NCBI RefSeq assembly: GCF_001447785.1
Contig: NW_015170280.1
Span: 852,122 to 916,121 of the forward strand
DNA: 64,000 bases
Direction: 5' to 3'
DNA from: Gekko japonicus
Lineage: Eukaryota
The notes below the pieces were generated by a model that saw nothing but the letters and a program-made list of their open reading frames with translations, searched no databases and had not been told where the DNA came from. Position 1 is the first letter of the stretch. Each line of letters opens with the position of its first letter. A program made the position numbers and the translations under genes. Positions 25,183 through 37,979 of the stretch are shown one piece after another.

Positions 25183-26929
25183 CTGTGAAAAGATGGGGGG
25201 GGGGGTCACTGAATTTGGCTGGCTGGATGGCTGGATGGCTCAGGCTAGTACCTGGATAGGAGACAACCAAGGAGTTCTAGGGTTGCTATGTGGAGGCAGG
25301 CAATGGCAAATCACCTCTGTTTATGTTTTTGCCTTGAAAACCCCATGGGGTTGCCATAAATCAACTGTGACCTGACAGGATTTTCCAGCACCACTATTAT
25401 TATTCCCTCTGCTAAGGGGTTACTATTCATTTCACACCAAAAGTGTGTGAGGCGCTGTACACCTAGAAGCATAGAAGTCACACAGCCAACAGAGATGCTG
25501 CTTCACACTGGGCTGGGCAAAAGCCTCATATTCTGCACACGGGATGCTTTTTTAAATAAGATTTTCCTATCATTTTATTTGTTGATTGCTTCTCTTTCCT
25601 ATATGTCCAAGAACGCGGTTACTGGTGGACAGTGGGGCCGTGTGGGACAAAGACTTGCAGCTAGGAGATCTGAGCAGGAAAAAAAATCACCTGGTGGTAC
25701 TCTTCTTGGCTGCACCCCTTTGGCATTTGGGTGGGGAATACATATTCAAGTGTTTTCCCATATAAAAAAAACCCTGCTGACATTTAGCAAAAGATGTGAT
25801 ATTGAAACAGGAGTCACCATGGATTTCGCTCTTGTGGGGACAGCCACAGTGTCTCCACAATGTGAATAATTTTTCATTGGCTCCACTTATTTATTTATTT
25901 ATTTGTTAGATTTTTACCCTGCCCTCCCGCCAAAGTGACTCATGGCGGCTTACAGTAGTTAAAAACCAGTATACAATTAATAGAATATCAAGTCTAAAAT
26001 AATACAATCGATAAAATATCAACACACAACTTATTAAATTTAAGATTAAGATGTGGCGGCCATCTGTTATAAAGTACAAGTAGTTATGTGGAACGGTCAG
26101 TGTGGTCAGACTATTGAAACGCTTGCCGGAACTTATACCCTGCCTTTCTCCCCAGCAGGGACCCAAAGGGGCTTACATCATTCTCCACTCCTCCATTTTG
26201 TCCTTAAAAACAACCCTGACAGCTAGATTAGGCTGAGAGTGTGTGACTGATCCAAAGCTAACCCTGCGAGCTTTTGTGGCAGAGTAGTGATTTGAGCACC
26301 CTGGGTTTCCCCAATCCTAGTCCAACATTCTACTTACTACACCACACTGGGTAAACCATGCACAGTCAAAGCACATCGGCTGTCATTAAGACAACACATG
26401 CACGTTTATTCATTTAATTATTCATTCCTTACATTAGTGTATACTAATTTAAAAATAATGGGAAAATATGGGGAGAATAGGGAGGTGAGTTGATGACTGT
26501 GCAGGTAGCAGCCAATTAGCACTGTGCATGGTCAATTTCCTTTGCAAATTCACAAAACTGTTCCCACCCCCTCCCCCTAGAGCTCAAATCTGGAGAAACA
26601 ATGCTTGGTTTGTACATTATTTGATGCACTTCTGTAACAGCCCAACTACTCCTATAACATTACAGTTGCTCACACACTCCCATATCAAGGTGAAAACTTC
26701 AAACCTAGCCTTCTCCTTAACCTCCCAGTTCTTCTTTACAACCGTGAGGGCTAGAAACCTCTTTTCCCTGGAACCCTGATGGATCTGAACAAGGGCACTG
26801 TAACTTTCGTGATAATCAAAGGTCTAAGGTTCACAACTTTTGTTCTTGTTGCTCAAAGCTCTTCTGTTCATGGAAACGACCCTCCACCCCACTCCACCCT
26901 ATATCCCCACAAGTGCTGTGTATGCCTAC

Positions 26930-27102
26930 CTGGCAGATGGGTGGTTCCGCGCTACCTTCCCAAGCTCCACTTCATTATCAAAAGTCATCAGCTGCACCCC
27001 TTGGCTGGCTGCATACTTGATCTGGGAGATCTGCTTGCAGGGGCCTGTACAGATGATCCTGTTCGGTGGGACTCCAGCACTTTTCGCCAGTGCCAGCTCT
27101 GG
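26930..27102 (-). CDS. AZIN2: AZIN2 coding exon 3 ([10 protein letters not shown]...[12 protein letters not shown]...[11 protein letters not shown]...)
   Basis: PCKQ and TFD motifs; AG/GT; 173 nt. Confidence 0.95.
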
Positions 27103-27869
27103 CTGGAGGGAAAGCAAAAGGCATTGGAAGGGGTGGATTGACTGGGCACTATGAGGTTCAGTCAGGCCCTGGACTCCCTTGTCTCTGTGCCATCATGGGC
27201 AGAGTAAAAAGCAGGCATTTCAAGCCAAACATTACAGACCAGAATCCACCTGACCTGGAGGCCAGAGAATCCTCCTGACCAGGTGTGCTAGAGACCCACT
27301 GCTGCCCCACTACCTGCAAGGGAGCTCCCAGGCCAGCTATCACTCCTCCTTTTGAGACTTTCTTTCCATCCACTTCTTGTGGATTCCTGCCCCTGTAATG
27401 GCCTGCTAGCTGATTCCCTGATCTGTTCAGCCCTATCGGGTTCGAATGGATGGTGGGACCTTCTGAACGGCAAACCATGCCTCTGGTTTCCTGTCTGATC
27501 TCAGGCTTCCTCATCAGCTCTTGGGCCTCAGTCTTCCCAACACTTAGAATGAAAGCAGACATAATACAACAAAGACAAACATTCTCTCAAGACAAGCAGC
27601 AGACATCTGCCAGCCCTTTCCACTCCTGCTTCAGGGAGGCATCCCACTTCTTTTATTTTGAAAGGGTCAGGTGTACGTCATCAGTCTACATGTTCCAATT
27701 CTTCATCATATTTGGGGGGAAGAACAAAAACATTTTTGAAACAATTGCAACCCAGCTGCTGGGGATGTATGGAGACTAACTTATCAGCAGTATTCACAGC
27801 TGCCTTTTACTGCAGACTTGCAGAATTGAGATTGTTCATTTTTTCTGAAACCCCCGCCCCCCAGGAAAT

Positions 27870-28162
27870 AAAATTTGAGTCCAGTAGCACTTTCAAGACC
27901 AGCAAAAGTTTCCATGAGACAAAGCTCATTTTGTCAGATAAAAATGAGACAATCCATCGGTCCTTATATCCAGGTCAGAACACGGGACATCAAAAATCTC
28001 AAAACTCAGAAACCAGTGGGTGAACATTTCAGTATTCCAGGACATTTCATTGCTGACCCTAGAGTGGAAGGCAGTTCTACTACAGAGAAGCTTCAAAGGG
28101 AGATTACAATGTGAGTTTGCTGGACTAGAATACATCAAGTTCAGGACAATGGACACCCTAAG
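27870..28162 (+). mobile_element. Penelope-like element fragment (GIY-YIG endonuclease C-terminus), continues at 29383-29410 after the hAT insertion
   Basis: KPVGEHFSIPGH...VLLQRSFKGRLQCE translation typical of PLE GIY-YIG domains. Confidence 0.75.
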
Positions 28163-29374
28163 CAGGGCCGGCTCACCTGCTAGGCGAACTAGACATTCGC
28201 CTAGAGCGCGGGCTGCCCCTTAGGGCACCAAACTGGACTGGGGGAGTGGCAGCGGAGGAACCGAGGAGGAGGAAGACTCGTGAGCAGGGCTCCTCCGGTC
28301 GGAAGGGGAATCAAAGCAAAGTGATTTGTTTGTCACGCGCCCACCAGGGACAAAGACTCTGCTGTCGTTCGTTGCAAGACTGTGGCCTGCGTCTCTTTTG
28401 GGAAGAGAGGGGGGGCAAAGCCTCTTCTTCCGGGGTCAGTCCCATGGGAGCATCCGGTCTCCCCCGCCACGAATCAGAGCTCCCCCCCTCCCCAGCCCTC
28501 TCTCCAGCGAGGCACATGGGCGATGGAGGTGGGGAGGGACAGGCTTGTCTCAAGACAGGGCACATTTGTAAAAGAAACCCGGCAGGAGCGATGGAGCTGC
28601 TTGCCAAGCTGCAGACAGATCCAAGCCCACAAAAAGTGAGGCGTCCAAAGCGCCGCCTGCCACCCTCTTGCAGCTCTTCTTATGGGATTTCACCACCTCG
28701 TGAAACAGGAACGCTTCACCAGCTGCGCTCCTCAGCGCCTGCCTACCAGGGGTCTCTCCGGGGGCATCATGAAGCCTGTTGCTGGCCGGGCACGAAGGCG
28801 ACTTGCTCTGGCAGCAATGGGCACTGTTGTGTGCTCTCTGGCACCGTTGTGTTGCGTGTTCTCCGGCGCTGCACAGGGCCTGGCCCTTGGAGGAGGGGGG
28901 CACCTCCATTGTGCTCCGATCCCCCCCCAGTCGACCACGCTGAGCCAGGTGAGTGCTGCTGCAGCAGGCAAAGGGCGGGGGGAGGGCAGGGGGGCTGTCC
29001 GCCTTCGGGTCGCACCACCGTTGAGTCCGCTGCCTGCCTGGCCAGCCACCCACTCCGGCTTGCAGGCCAGGTGGAACTTCCCGGGGTGGCCTGATGGGCA
29101 GCGAGCAGACAGAAGCCGGGTACAGGCACTGACTGCAGACGCGCCGGGGACTGCTCGGGCCTGGGCTCTGCTCACGCACATCTCCCCCAGCGGGCTGGGC
29201 AAATGGGAAGCCGATCCGGGCAGGGGCGAGGCTAGCTTGTGGCACCTGGCGCCCCCCCCCAGGCGTGTTTTTGGGAGGTCTTTAGGCCCCACCGGGAGGT
29301 TGGCATCGCCTGGGGGGCACGGGTGCCACAAGCTGGCCTCGCCTAGGGTGCAGAAACACCTTGGGCCAGCCCTG
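28163..29374. mobile_element. non-autonomous hAT DNA transposon (1.2 kb, GC-rich)
   Basis: TIR CAGGGCCGGCTCA / TGGGCCAGCCCTG; 8-bp TSD ACCCTAAG (28155-28162, 29375-29382). Confidence 0.9.
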
Positions 29375-30703
29375 ACCCTAAGGCTGAATAGGGACATAGT
29401 ATTCTTATCCTTTTTTGGCATCAAGTTGCACCTGACTTATGGGGACTCCCATGGGGTTTTCAAGGCAAAAGACATTCAGAGGTGTTTTGCCATTGCCTGC
29501 CTCTGCATAGTAACTCTAGACTTCCTTGGTGGTCTTCCATCCAAGTAGTAACTAAGGCTGATCCTGCTTAGTTTCCAAGATGTGATGAGATGAGGTTAGC
29601 CTGGGCTACACAGGTCAGATTACAGATGCTTATTTTCTGCATTTCCCACCTCTGTGAATATCTCTGTGCATAACACCTAGCCCATTTTGCATTGTACTTC
29701 TGCATCCTGACTCCACCAGACCCTTCCTGGTAACACCTCTCCTATCTTCTGACCTGGATATAAATGCTGATGGATCTTCATTCTCATCTGGTGGTCTGTG
29801 AAGACAGCTTAGACCCTGGAAAATGTTATTGGTCTCGGAGGTGCTACTGGACTTAAGTTTTGTTTTACTACTACAGCCACCTGCAAAAGAAGAAATGACA
29901 CATCCATGGTGAATATCTTGAGGGTACTTTTGAAACATCCCCACAAAGGACATAAGTGTCTTTCCAACTTGAAACTGGACATTTGATGCTGGTGCAAAGA
30001 AGCACAAAAAGGAGAATTTATTTTGCCGTGGATAGTAGCTAGCAAAAGGACTTGGGGCGAGGGTTGTTTGAGATTTATGGATCATGATGGATCACCATTA
30101 GTCCATTAACATTTATATAATATTTATATGAGAAACCTATTTGTAGAAGATAACTAGCAACACATTTCATTAAAAAAGATAACTAGCAACACATTTCATT
30201 AAAAAATCATCAACACAATCTTTTACAAATGCTTTGTATGAACCAGTACTTGTTAGCAATATCAATGCAGATGTTTTTGTTCACACATGTGGATTAGTTC
30301 TCCCTTCCCTTCTGTGCTGCTACGATCATGATATAGATAGCAGAACAGGACTGGGGTTGTGTATGCCCTGTGGTGAACAACTATATCTAATAATAAAGTG
30401 TCCAGACTCCACAACAGACACAAAAGCAGAACTAGGCCTCCCCCATACTCGGGGAATGCCCTGGAAATGCAGGGTGGGGTGGGGATTTTTTTTTTTGCCA
30501 TCAAGTCTCAACTGACTTGGCAACCCCATAGGGTTTTCAGGACAAAAGATGAACAGAGGTGGTTTCCCATTGCCTGACTCTGCATAATAATATTGGACTT
30601 CCTTGGTGGTCTCCCATTTATGTACTAACCAGGGCTGACCTTTGCTTCTGAAGAGATCAGGCTAACCTGGGCTATCAAGGTCAAGGTAGAAAAATAAGAC
30701 TTT

Positions 30704-31294
30704 GGGCTTTTCTGCATCCTCACTTTCCTCGCTTGTGTGTTCCTGTTGTTTCAGCCTTCTGAACATGTTTTGCTCCCTCTAGTGGTCAATTTGATATATT
30801 ACTTTATGGCTGTGATCAGATGAGCACCTTGATTCACTGCTGTTGCTTCTCCCCAATGGATTTAAAGTGCTCATTCAGATGGCAACATCTGTCTCTCATC
30901 CCACAGTCATCAGCTTCCTGTGCTCACACCAGACTTTCCCAACATTGCAGAAAGTCCAGTATTTATGTATCCAACCGGTTTCACAGCACTCCTATGGATG
31001 TGTCATTGCTCTTGCGTGGGGAAGCCATTTGGGAAGTCAGATTGCTGACTTCCTGTTTTGCTGCCATTTTGGGGGGTGTTACCAACCTGCGCATAAGCAG
31101 ATAAGTGCTTTTTCGTCCCGTCCCCCCCCCCCCAGCCTATGTCTGGCATATCTCCATGAAGGTTTTTATGCTGCACACAGAGTGATATTATATTGAATCG
31201 ACCACTAGAGGGAGCAAAACATATGCAGAGCAGTAAAAAATACCCAAAGCAACAAGAACACACAAAAGAGAAAAATGAGAATATGGATAAGCCC
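30704..31294. mobile_element. MITE (Harbinger-like termini) with subterminal 23-bp perfect inverted repeat
   Basis: GGGCTTTTCTGCA...TGGATAAGCCC ends; ATGTTTTGCTCCCTCTAGTGGTC (30765-30787) is the exact reverse complement of 31200-31222. Confidence 0.65.
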
Positions 31295-31567
31295 TCTGTA
31301 AAGTATGTAAAAGAAGAATTATTTTAAAAAAAATGTCTGAGGAGGATTGAGCATGCCCCAGAAGGGAGAGAATGTTGAGAGTCAGTTAAAGAGAAAAGTT
31401 GTGGAGGAGGGGGAGCCTGCTTAAGCACTGAATGCTTATACAGCTCCTGGAGGAAGAACGGGGGCGGGGAGGTTGCAAATTGCTTCTCCCTCCTGCAATT
31501 CCCCACCGTGCGTACTATTAAAGTAAAATCCAAATTCCAAGGGGCCTCAGTTTTGCAATGATCCTAC

Positions 31568-31741
31568 CTTATTGGCACATCCAAATCCAACCCCCAGTCC
31601 TGCCAGCATCTGGACCACTCCCTTACTGCAGTTACACTTTGGAGCGTAGAAGGGCTTGACACGGGGCAAAGCTTTGAGGAGGCGCAAATGTTTCTTCACC
31701 ACATCTCCAAGATCTGCCACAAAGAAGGCTTCTTGGCTACC
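31568..31741 (-). CDS. AZIN2: AZIN2 coding exon 2 ([18 protein letters not shown]...PFYAPKCN...GFGCANK)
   Basis: Hand translation; PLP-lysine motif FYAxKCN; CAG/GTAGGA; 174 nt. Confidence 0.95.
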
Positions 31742-32409
31742 CTGGAGACCAGGAAGGAGATTTAGCAGTCTTATTTCTGGGGCAAATCACCCAATTTATT
31801 TTAAAATTGTTATATCCACTTATTCAGACAGTTATCATTTAAGGCAGACGACAGTACATGCGGTCACCACTGTTAAGAGTTGAATGTATTTCACTGAACT
31901 TCACTTGCAGTAGTTCCCGATTATAAACCCGTACTCAGGGCCTAACTCTGAGAAGTGATGAGAGTGGGGTAGCCTGGGCCATCCAAGTTAGGGCAATATC
32001 TAACTACATGATGTGTTTTTCTTGCATCCTTCCTTCCCAATCAAACGTGTGCTCCAAGTTCCCAGGTATGCAGGGCTGATTTCAATCAGGACTGTGGGAA
32101 GCAGGGGCTTAAGCCTTCCCTCCACATCATTTCCCCAACCTGAAATCCCCCTCCCTTACTATTTGCCCTTTTGGGGAAACCGTGTTTACCAATGAGCTGC
32201 ATATAAGCTGCCCCATTGGGGCAAATAACACGTTCATTGCAGGTGGGGGGGAAAGCATGGGGGAGACACCACCCCCCGCATGCCAAACCCTGACCTCTTC
32301 ATATTCCACCCCCAAAATCACCAGGTATTTCCCAACCCAGAGCTGGCTATCTCTCTCCTTGCCTTGCTAAGACTCAGCTGACCTGGCCATGCTGATGCTT
32401 TTGTAAGTT

Positions 32410-32945
32410 TGTGGCTGGACTACCGGATGGCACTCTACACAGGGCTGCCCCTGAAGACAATCCAGAAACTGCAAGTGATTCAGACTGCAGCAGCCGGATT
32501 ATCATCAGGGCCCAGGGGCTTGCTGACAGGAACATACCCATCTTAAAAGAACATAATTAGCTGCCAGTTTTTTCCACTTCAAATTTTCCTTTAAAACTCT
32601 TCATGGCCTTAGCATCCACATATCTAACAGGCTGCCTCCCCTCATCTGTCTTTGTGCAACACCTTCACACCAGCCGTTCCCCCATTTAAAGTAGCCTGCC
32701 TGGTGTCAACCAGAGCCTCTGCATTTTCCATTATAGTTCCCACTCTTCACAAATTTTCAGGAAGTGCTGCAAGACCATCTTATTCACCAGGGCTTTTAAT
32801 GGGGGTATAACCTGCAGGCATCTTTTGGCTGGAGGAAGGTTATTGAGAGTCTTTTATTATGTTCACTTTGCCATGTTTTTGTAATGTTTTAATCATAAAC
32901 TATGAGGAAAGACAGGATATAAATATTTACATAAATAAATCAATA
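32410..32945 (+). mobile_element. L2 LINE 3' fragment, decayed
   Basis: Translates to ALYTGLPLKTIQKLQVIQTAAA...PILKE, typical L2 ORF2 C-terminus; ends in (TAAA)n. Confidence 0.75.
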
Positions 32946-33318
32946 AGTGATGAAAACCATTGATGATCACTCTTATTTGGCATAACTTATTTCCCTCCTT
33001 CTTATCACGGGGAAGAGCAAGGAGTGGAATACCAACTGAAGCCCCACTTCTGGAAAACTTTTGGGTTTAATTATTCTTCTGACTTCAGAGGTCTTATAAC
33101 ACATTGCGCACAATGCATTTAAGCATATTTTCAGAACCCTAAAGGCTAGAAACATTTCTGTAGTCTTGGGATTCTCGTGAAGCTCCCCTCTCTTTCGGTG
33201 ACATGTCCCTCTGCTGCTGACCACCTGGAGAACTCTTCAGCTATGTCCTCCCTTGACCCCTTTTCTGCTGCCGCTACCACCTGTTGGCAGAGGGGAGCGT
33301 GCATGAAGAGCCTCTTAC

Positions 33319-33417
33319 CCTCTGGGAAGCCTCCTTTAGGAGGCTCTCCATGAGATCCTTCATGGTGAAACCCTCCTCCACCATTGTGACATCCAGTTCA
33401 TCCAAGTAGCCGGCCAT
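33319..33417 (-). CDS. AZIN2: AZIN2 coding exon 1 (MAGYLDELDVTMVEEGFTMKDLMESLLKEASQR); exon begins at 33490
   Basis: MAGYL...MVEEGF N-terminus of AZIN2; in-frame upstream TAA; GTAAGA donor; acceptor TTTCACAG at 33491; nine exons sum to 1386 nt = 461 aa + stop. Confidence 0.95.
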
Positions 33418-36400
33418 CGTCACCACCGAGGGAGAATCTTGTATCTCAAATCTCTGTTGGAGGGGGTGTAGTTTTTAAGTATGCAACACACTGTGAAAGG
33501 AACAAAAAAGGAAGGATAGTTAAGCCCTTCTCGAGCCATCCAAGCCAAGGGAAGACATTTAGCCGTGGCTTTCCCACTTTCTACCTGAGCATTTTCAAGT
33601 TCTTCTTCTCTTCCAACCATAAAGGCTAGAAAATTATTTCCTTTACTTGAAAACTGAACTTTTTAGGGTTATGATGACCTGGTACTAACTGGTTTGGTGT
33701 AGTGGTTAGAGTGTGGAAATAACCTCTAGGAGGCACAGGTTTTAATCCCCGCTGTGCCATGGCAGCTTGCTAGGTGATCTTGGGCCAGTCAAATACTCTC
33801 TGCCTAACTTTCCTGAGAATGCTGTTGTCAGGAGAAAATAAAGAGGAGAACAATGTAAGTGGCTTTAGGTCCCCATTGAGGAGAAATGCAGATTATAAAT
33901 GAAGTAAATAAAATAAACAAATACCCTAGCCAACTTTTAAAATGCGCAGTTCAAGCTCCTTTTTCTTATCTGGGGCTGCGACCACATGCACAATTAGACC
34001 CGCCATAGGCATGAATGCTGGGCAGATTTAAAGGATGTGATCAGACAACAACATCTGGGAAGTGCTCCAAAGCCATTGGCAACCTGTTCTGCTTTGCTGC
34101 AGAAGCGAAGTTAAAAGGCACCAGGGAAAATCTGGTAGAAAACGTGTTGCGACGGGCCACAGATGGAGTTTCCTGTCTGATCACTCCAGTGCACTCTCAT
34201 GGTGTCGGGATGGTCTGATCAGGCCATTCCAACTCTGTGCCATGTTTTTTCCCCCTCTTCTCAGTATGTGCATCATCACAAACTCCATAGGGAGCCCTCA
34301 GTGCGGAGGCGCGGTTCATTGATTCCTCGTTTAAGCTCGTCGGAGACAAACGGCAAAAAAAACGCCGACTCACGTGTGGTTGCGTCTGATCACGCAGTGG
34401 CGGGCTGTGTCTGCAGCTTCCCAGGACTGTGTGATCACGCAACTGCAGGTCAAATTTCTCTGAAGGAAATAACCTTGCTCCCCCCCCCCACCCCCTTTTC
34501 TTTTTGGCATGTGTGACCACAACCTTTGACTCTACCCCTCAGTGCCATTATGAAAGGAAAACCAAACCAGAAATGTATATATTTTTAAAACTTCTGCTTT
34601 CAGGTAAACAGCACTGGTGAAGAAGAAACAAGAAATCAGAAAGTTAGCAACTGTTATATCATCAGGTACTTTTATGTGGATATCTGTGACGTGATAGCAA
34701 GAATAATACAGTCTTCCAAGTGGGATATCTGCAAATAACTCTCAGGAACAGGGAGATCTCATTCCCCATCAGCGCCCACTTGTTCCACTCTTTGAGCTCT
34801 GCCTAATTCCTCCACCACTGGCTCCTTCTCCCTCCCCTGCCCTCCTGTCATCTCTTCCCCCTCTTCCCCCACTGCCATCTCTCTCTCCCCCCCCCCATCT
34901 CGCTTATTGCCATCTCTCTCTCTCTCTTTCTCTCCCTCTCTCTTTCATCCTGATCCTACTGCCTCTTACTCCTGCCCACCCGCCTCCTCTGCTGCACACT
35001 GTGGCATCTTCTACTGCAGTTGCTATGCAACCCCCAAAATGGCATGGTAAGATCTCGTGACATAGCATTGTGAGATCTTGTTTTTCGTTTAACAGTTGGG
35101 GTTTTTAAATCTCCTCACATTTTTTTATTTTTCAGAGCTTTTCTGTAAACTTGGGGATATCCCTAGGTTTGTAGAGACAGATCTCCCCTACCTGTACACG
35201 GCCTACTTAGACAGATTTTTTGATCTGCACTCTTGGACCATGTTCAGAATAAGATACAAAGATTGTGCCAAGGAATCTTTGTTGAATTAATGTATTAATA
35301 ATAAGTGGGTTTCAATACATAGAAGGCAGTGTAATGTTTTGTTTTGTTTTAAATATGTCTGTTTGTGGTTGTCAATGATGAAGTATTCCATATTTTGCTG
35401 AGACATGTGTATAGTAATAGGTGCTTTCCACCACTCTTTTGGTAAGCAAAGATGGGATTTGTGCATGCAGTTCAGACAAACAACATTGGGGTCACATGAT
35501 GAGAGAGAACTCTGGCCCCAGAACTTCTAATCTTGGAGCAGGTCCACCAAATATGATGAGGGCCGTCTTTTCCACACACCCTCCATCAAAGTTCAGATTT
35601 ATTTGCTGAGACCATTTAAGACTATTGGATGGGAGGTACTCATACTTTGGATACAGTTTCATTAATACTGAGACAGCTTGATATTAACAGTTGTGCTCTC
35701 CAAATTTCATTTCAAGTCTCCTTGGTAAGGGGTTCCTCAAAACCTCTTTCCCAGAGTCCCACACACTTTGGAGGAGTCTTCCAAAAGAGTGACCCTAATG
35801 TTTGAAGACATAGGAGACTGCCCCTCTACATAGATTAGACTCTAACTGATCAACTCTCTAAAATGGGTCAAGTCTCTGCTTATTGAGGGGGGGACTGGTG
35901 TTTAGCAGAAATTAGCTATGCAGATATTGATACCATGGGACATGAGTCCCTTCCATTTTGGTGCTTAATTCTCCCATGGTTAATATTATGCTGTGCGGCA
36001 GGATACCACAGAGCCTGTTCATCTTGTTGTGATATCCCAGTTTTCAGATAGATTTGAGTCCAGTAGCACCGTAGAGACCAACACAAATTTGAGGGTATAA
36101 GCTTTCAAGAGTCAAGGCTCCCTTAATCAGATACGAGCAGTTTTCAGAGTTGCACAATTGAGATGCCTGACTAAAACCAGGTAAATATTCAATTAACAGC
36201 TCAATCAAACTACACAATCTCATCTATCTTTCTCAGACTTCACTTGTATTTGAGCTGGATGAGTTATTGATATGAGGCCTGTTCAATTTAGTTGCCATAC
36301 CAATTTTTCCAAGGACTTTCTCCCCATTACTTTTTTTTCTTGGTTAAGCCATTTTAGGTATTTTGGTTTCTCAGCATTGTATAGTATTGTACCAAGGTGA

Positions 36401-37979
36401 AAGACCTCGCAAATTAATTTGAGGCAGGGGGAACTGAGTCTTTCCCCCTAGATCCATATAGAACACTGGATTTAAAACCGACCTTTTAGCCTACCCGTAT
36501 GAATTTATCAAATATAGTTTGCAACTCTTTTATTAATGGGTTTTTTAAAAGAAATAATTATTAGCAATTTGGGAGGGGGAATCATCTTCAGGGCCACCGT
36601 TCTATGTAGAGATTAAATATTTAAGGTGCTCCATTGCAAGATATCCCTCTGGATGGTGTCCATCAGTTTCAACTGATTGTTTTTAAGCTGCTCTGTTTGT
36701 TTCGTAGTGATGTTAACCCATAAATACTTCTATCAGGATATTACCCATTTGTAGGGGGTAGTTCAGTGAGAGCAATCTGCCCTCAGAAGAAGATGAAGCC
36801 ACCTGGTTTCCTGACAGCCCTGGGGGTTTCTCCATCTGGTATAACTAGCAAACACAGTTTGGAATGGCAGAGGGATGTATATCTCCTTGTGAGCAGTGGA
36901 CATGATTGATCATAATTTATATATTACTTTTTTATCCCACCTTTCTTCCAAGGAACCAAGGTAGAGTATGCTGTCTCCTCTCCTCCAATTTACACTCACA
37001 ACAACCCTGTGAAGGAGGAGAGGTGGACAGTGATGGTCTTAATGTCACCAGGAGAGATTCATGGTAGAGTGGAGATTTGAACCTGGGTCTCTCAGTCCTA
37101 GTCTGAGGCGCTAACCATTACACCACACTGGCTTTCACTCTCTATACACTCACACTCTGGTATTTGAACTTGGGTACAAAAGGTTGTGTGAAGTTTCCCC
37201 CTAGAAGAATCACAAAAGCAGGAGACTCATTGCTCCTTCCAAAGTTAGCATAGGGAAACCTACCAATTATGTGCATTTATATCACTTGCAACTACCCACT
37301 TAACTTTCCCAAGGAATGACAGAAAGCCGAAGAGGAACAGCTGAGTCAAGTCTGATGTTTTCATGTCTCTGGAAGAAAGAAAAAGACTTCTGGCTGCTTC
37401 CAGAATTTGGCTTTACTCACATGTTTGGACTGTGCTGTAACAAATACATTAAAAATTCTCCATCAAAGTCACCCAAATTCTGTGACTGATACAGTTTATG
37501 CAAATGATGCAACTTGTCTGATTCTCATATTTTGAATAATTCATTCAAGGGGAGGCGCATAGGCCGGGCAATCTCTGGATCCTGTTTGGAAAATGTATTT
37601 TCTTTCCCCCACCCAGTTCCACTAGGCACCTCCCACATGTTTCCAAGTATATCTTTATCCCCATAAGGACTAGAGACTTCCTTCGAAAACAAGCAAACTG
37701 AGATTCTTAAAAATCTGCATTCTGTAATCAAAGCACATTCTGTGGCTTTTCTCCACTGTCGGAATCACAGCAAACACACAGACTTCCAATACTATGTTTT
37801 CGGCATCTTGAGAGCCTTAAGCTTGTCCTCTCTACAGCACAGTAAAAAAACAAACTAAGGCTGATAGCAGAAGCCACAGGAACTGGACAGGATCCCACCC
37901 ACACAATCTGTACTCGTGGCTGCTTTGTTTTCCCTTTGCGCTGGGGCTCTTAAAGAGATCTGTCCATGGATACATTTTT

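Noticed and set aside
28246-29548. Long overlapping ORFs (282, 288, 231, 230 aa)
   Set aside because: They lie in a GC-rich non-autonomous hAT element bounded by TIRs/TSD; no recognisable domain, and open frames on both strands reflect stop-codon scarcity.
30147-30206. 29-bp tandem duplication
   Set aside because: Two adjacent copies without spacer; ordinary slippage duplication, not a CRISPR-like array.
35300-36900. Possible old LINE or endogenous viral remnant
   Set aside because: No interpretable ORF or motif could be read by eye; needs translated homology search.
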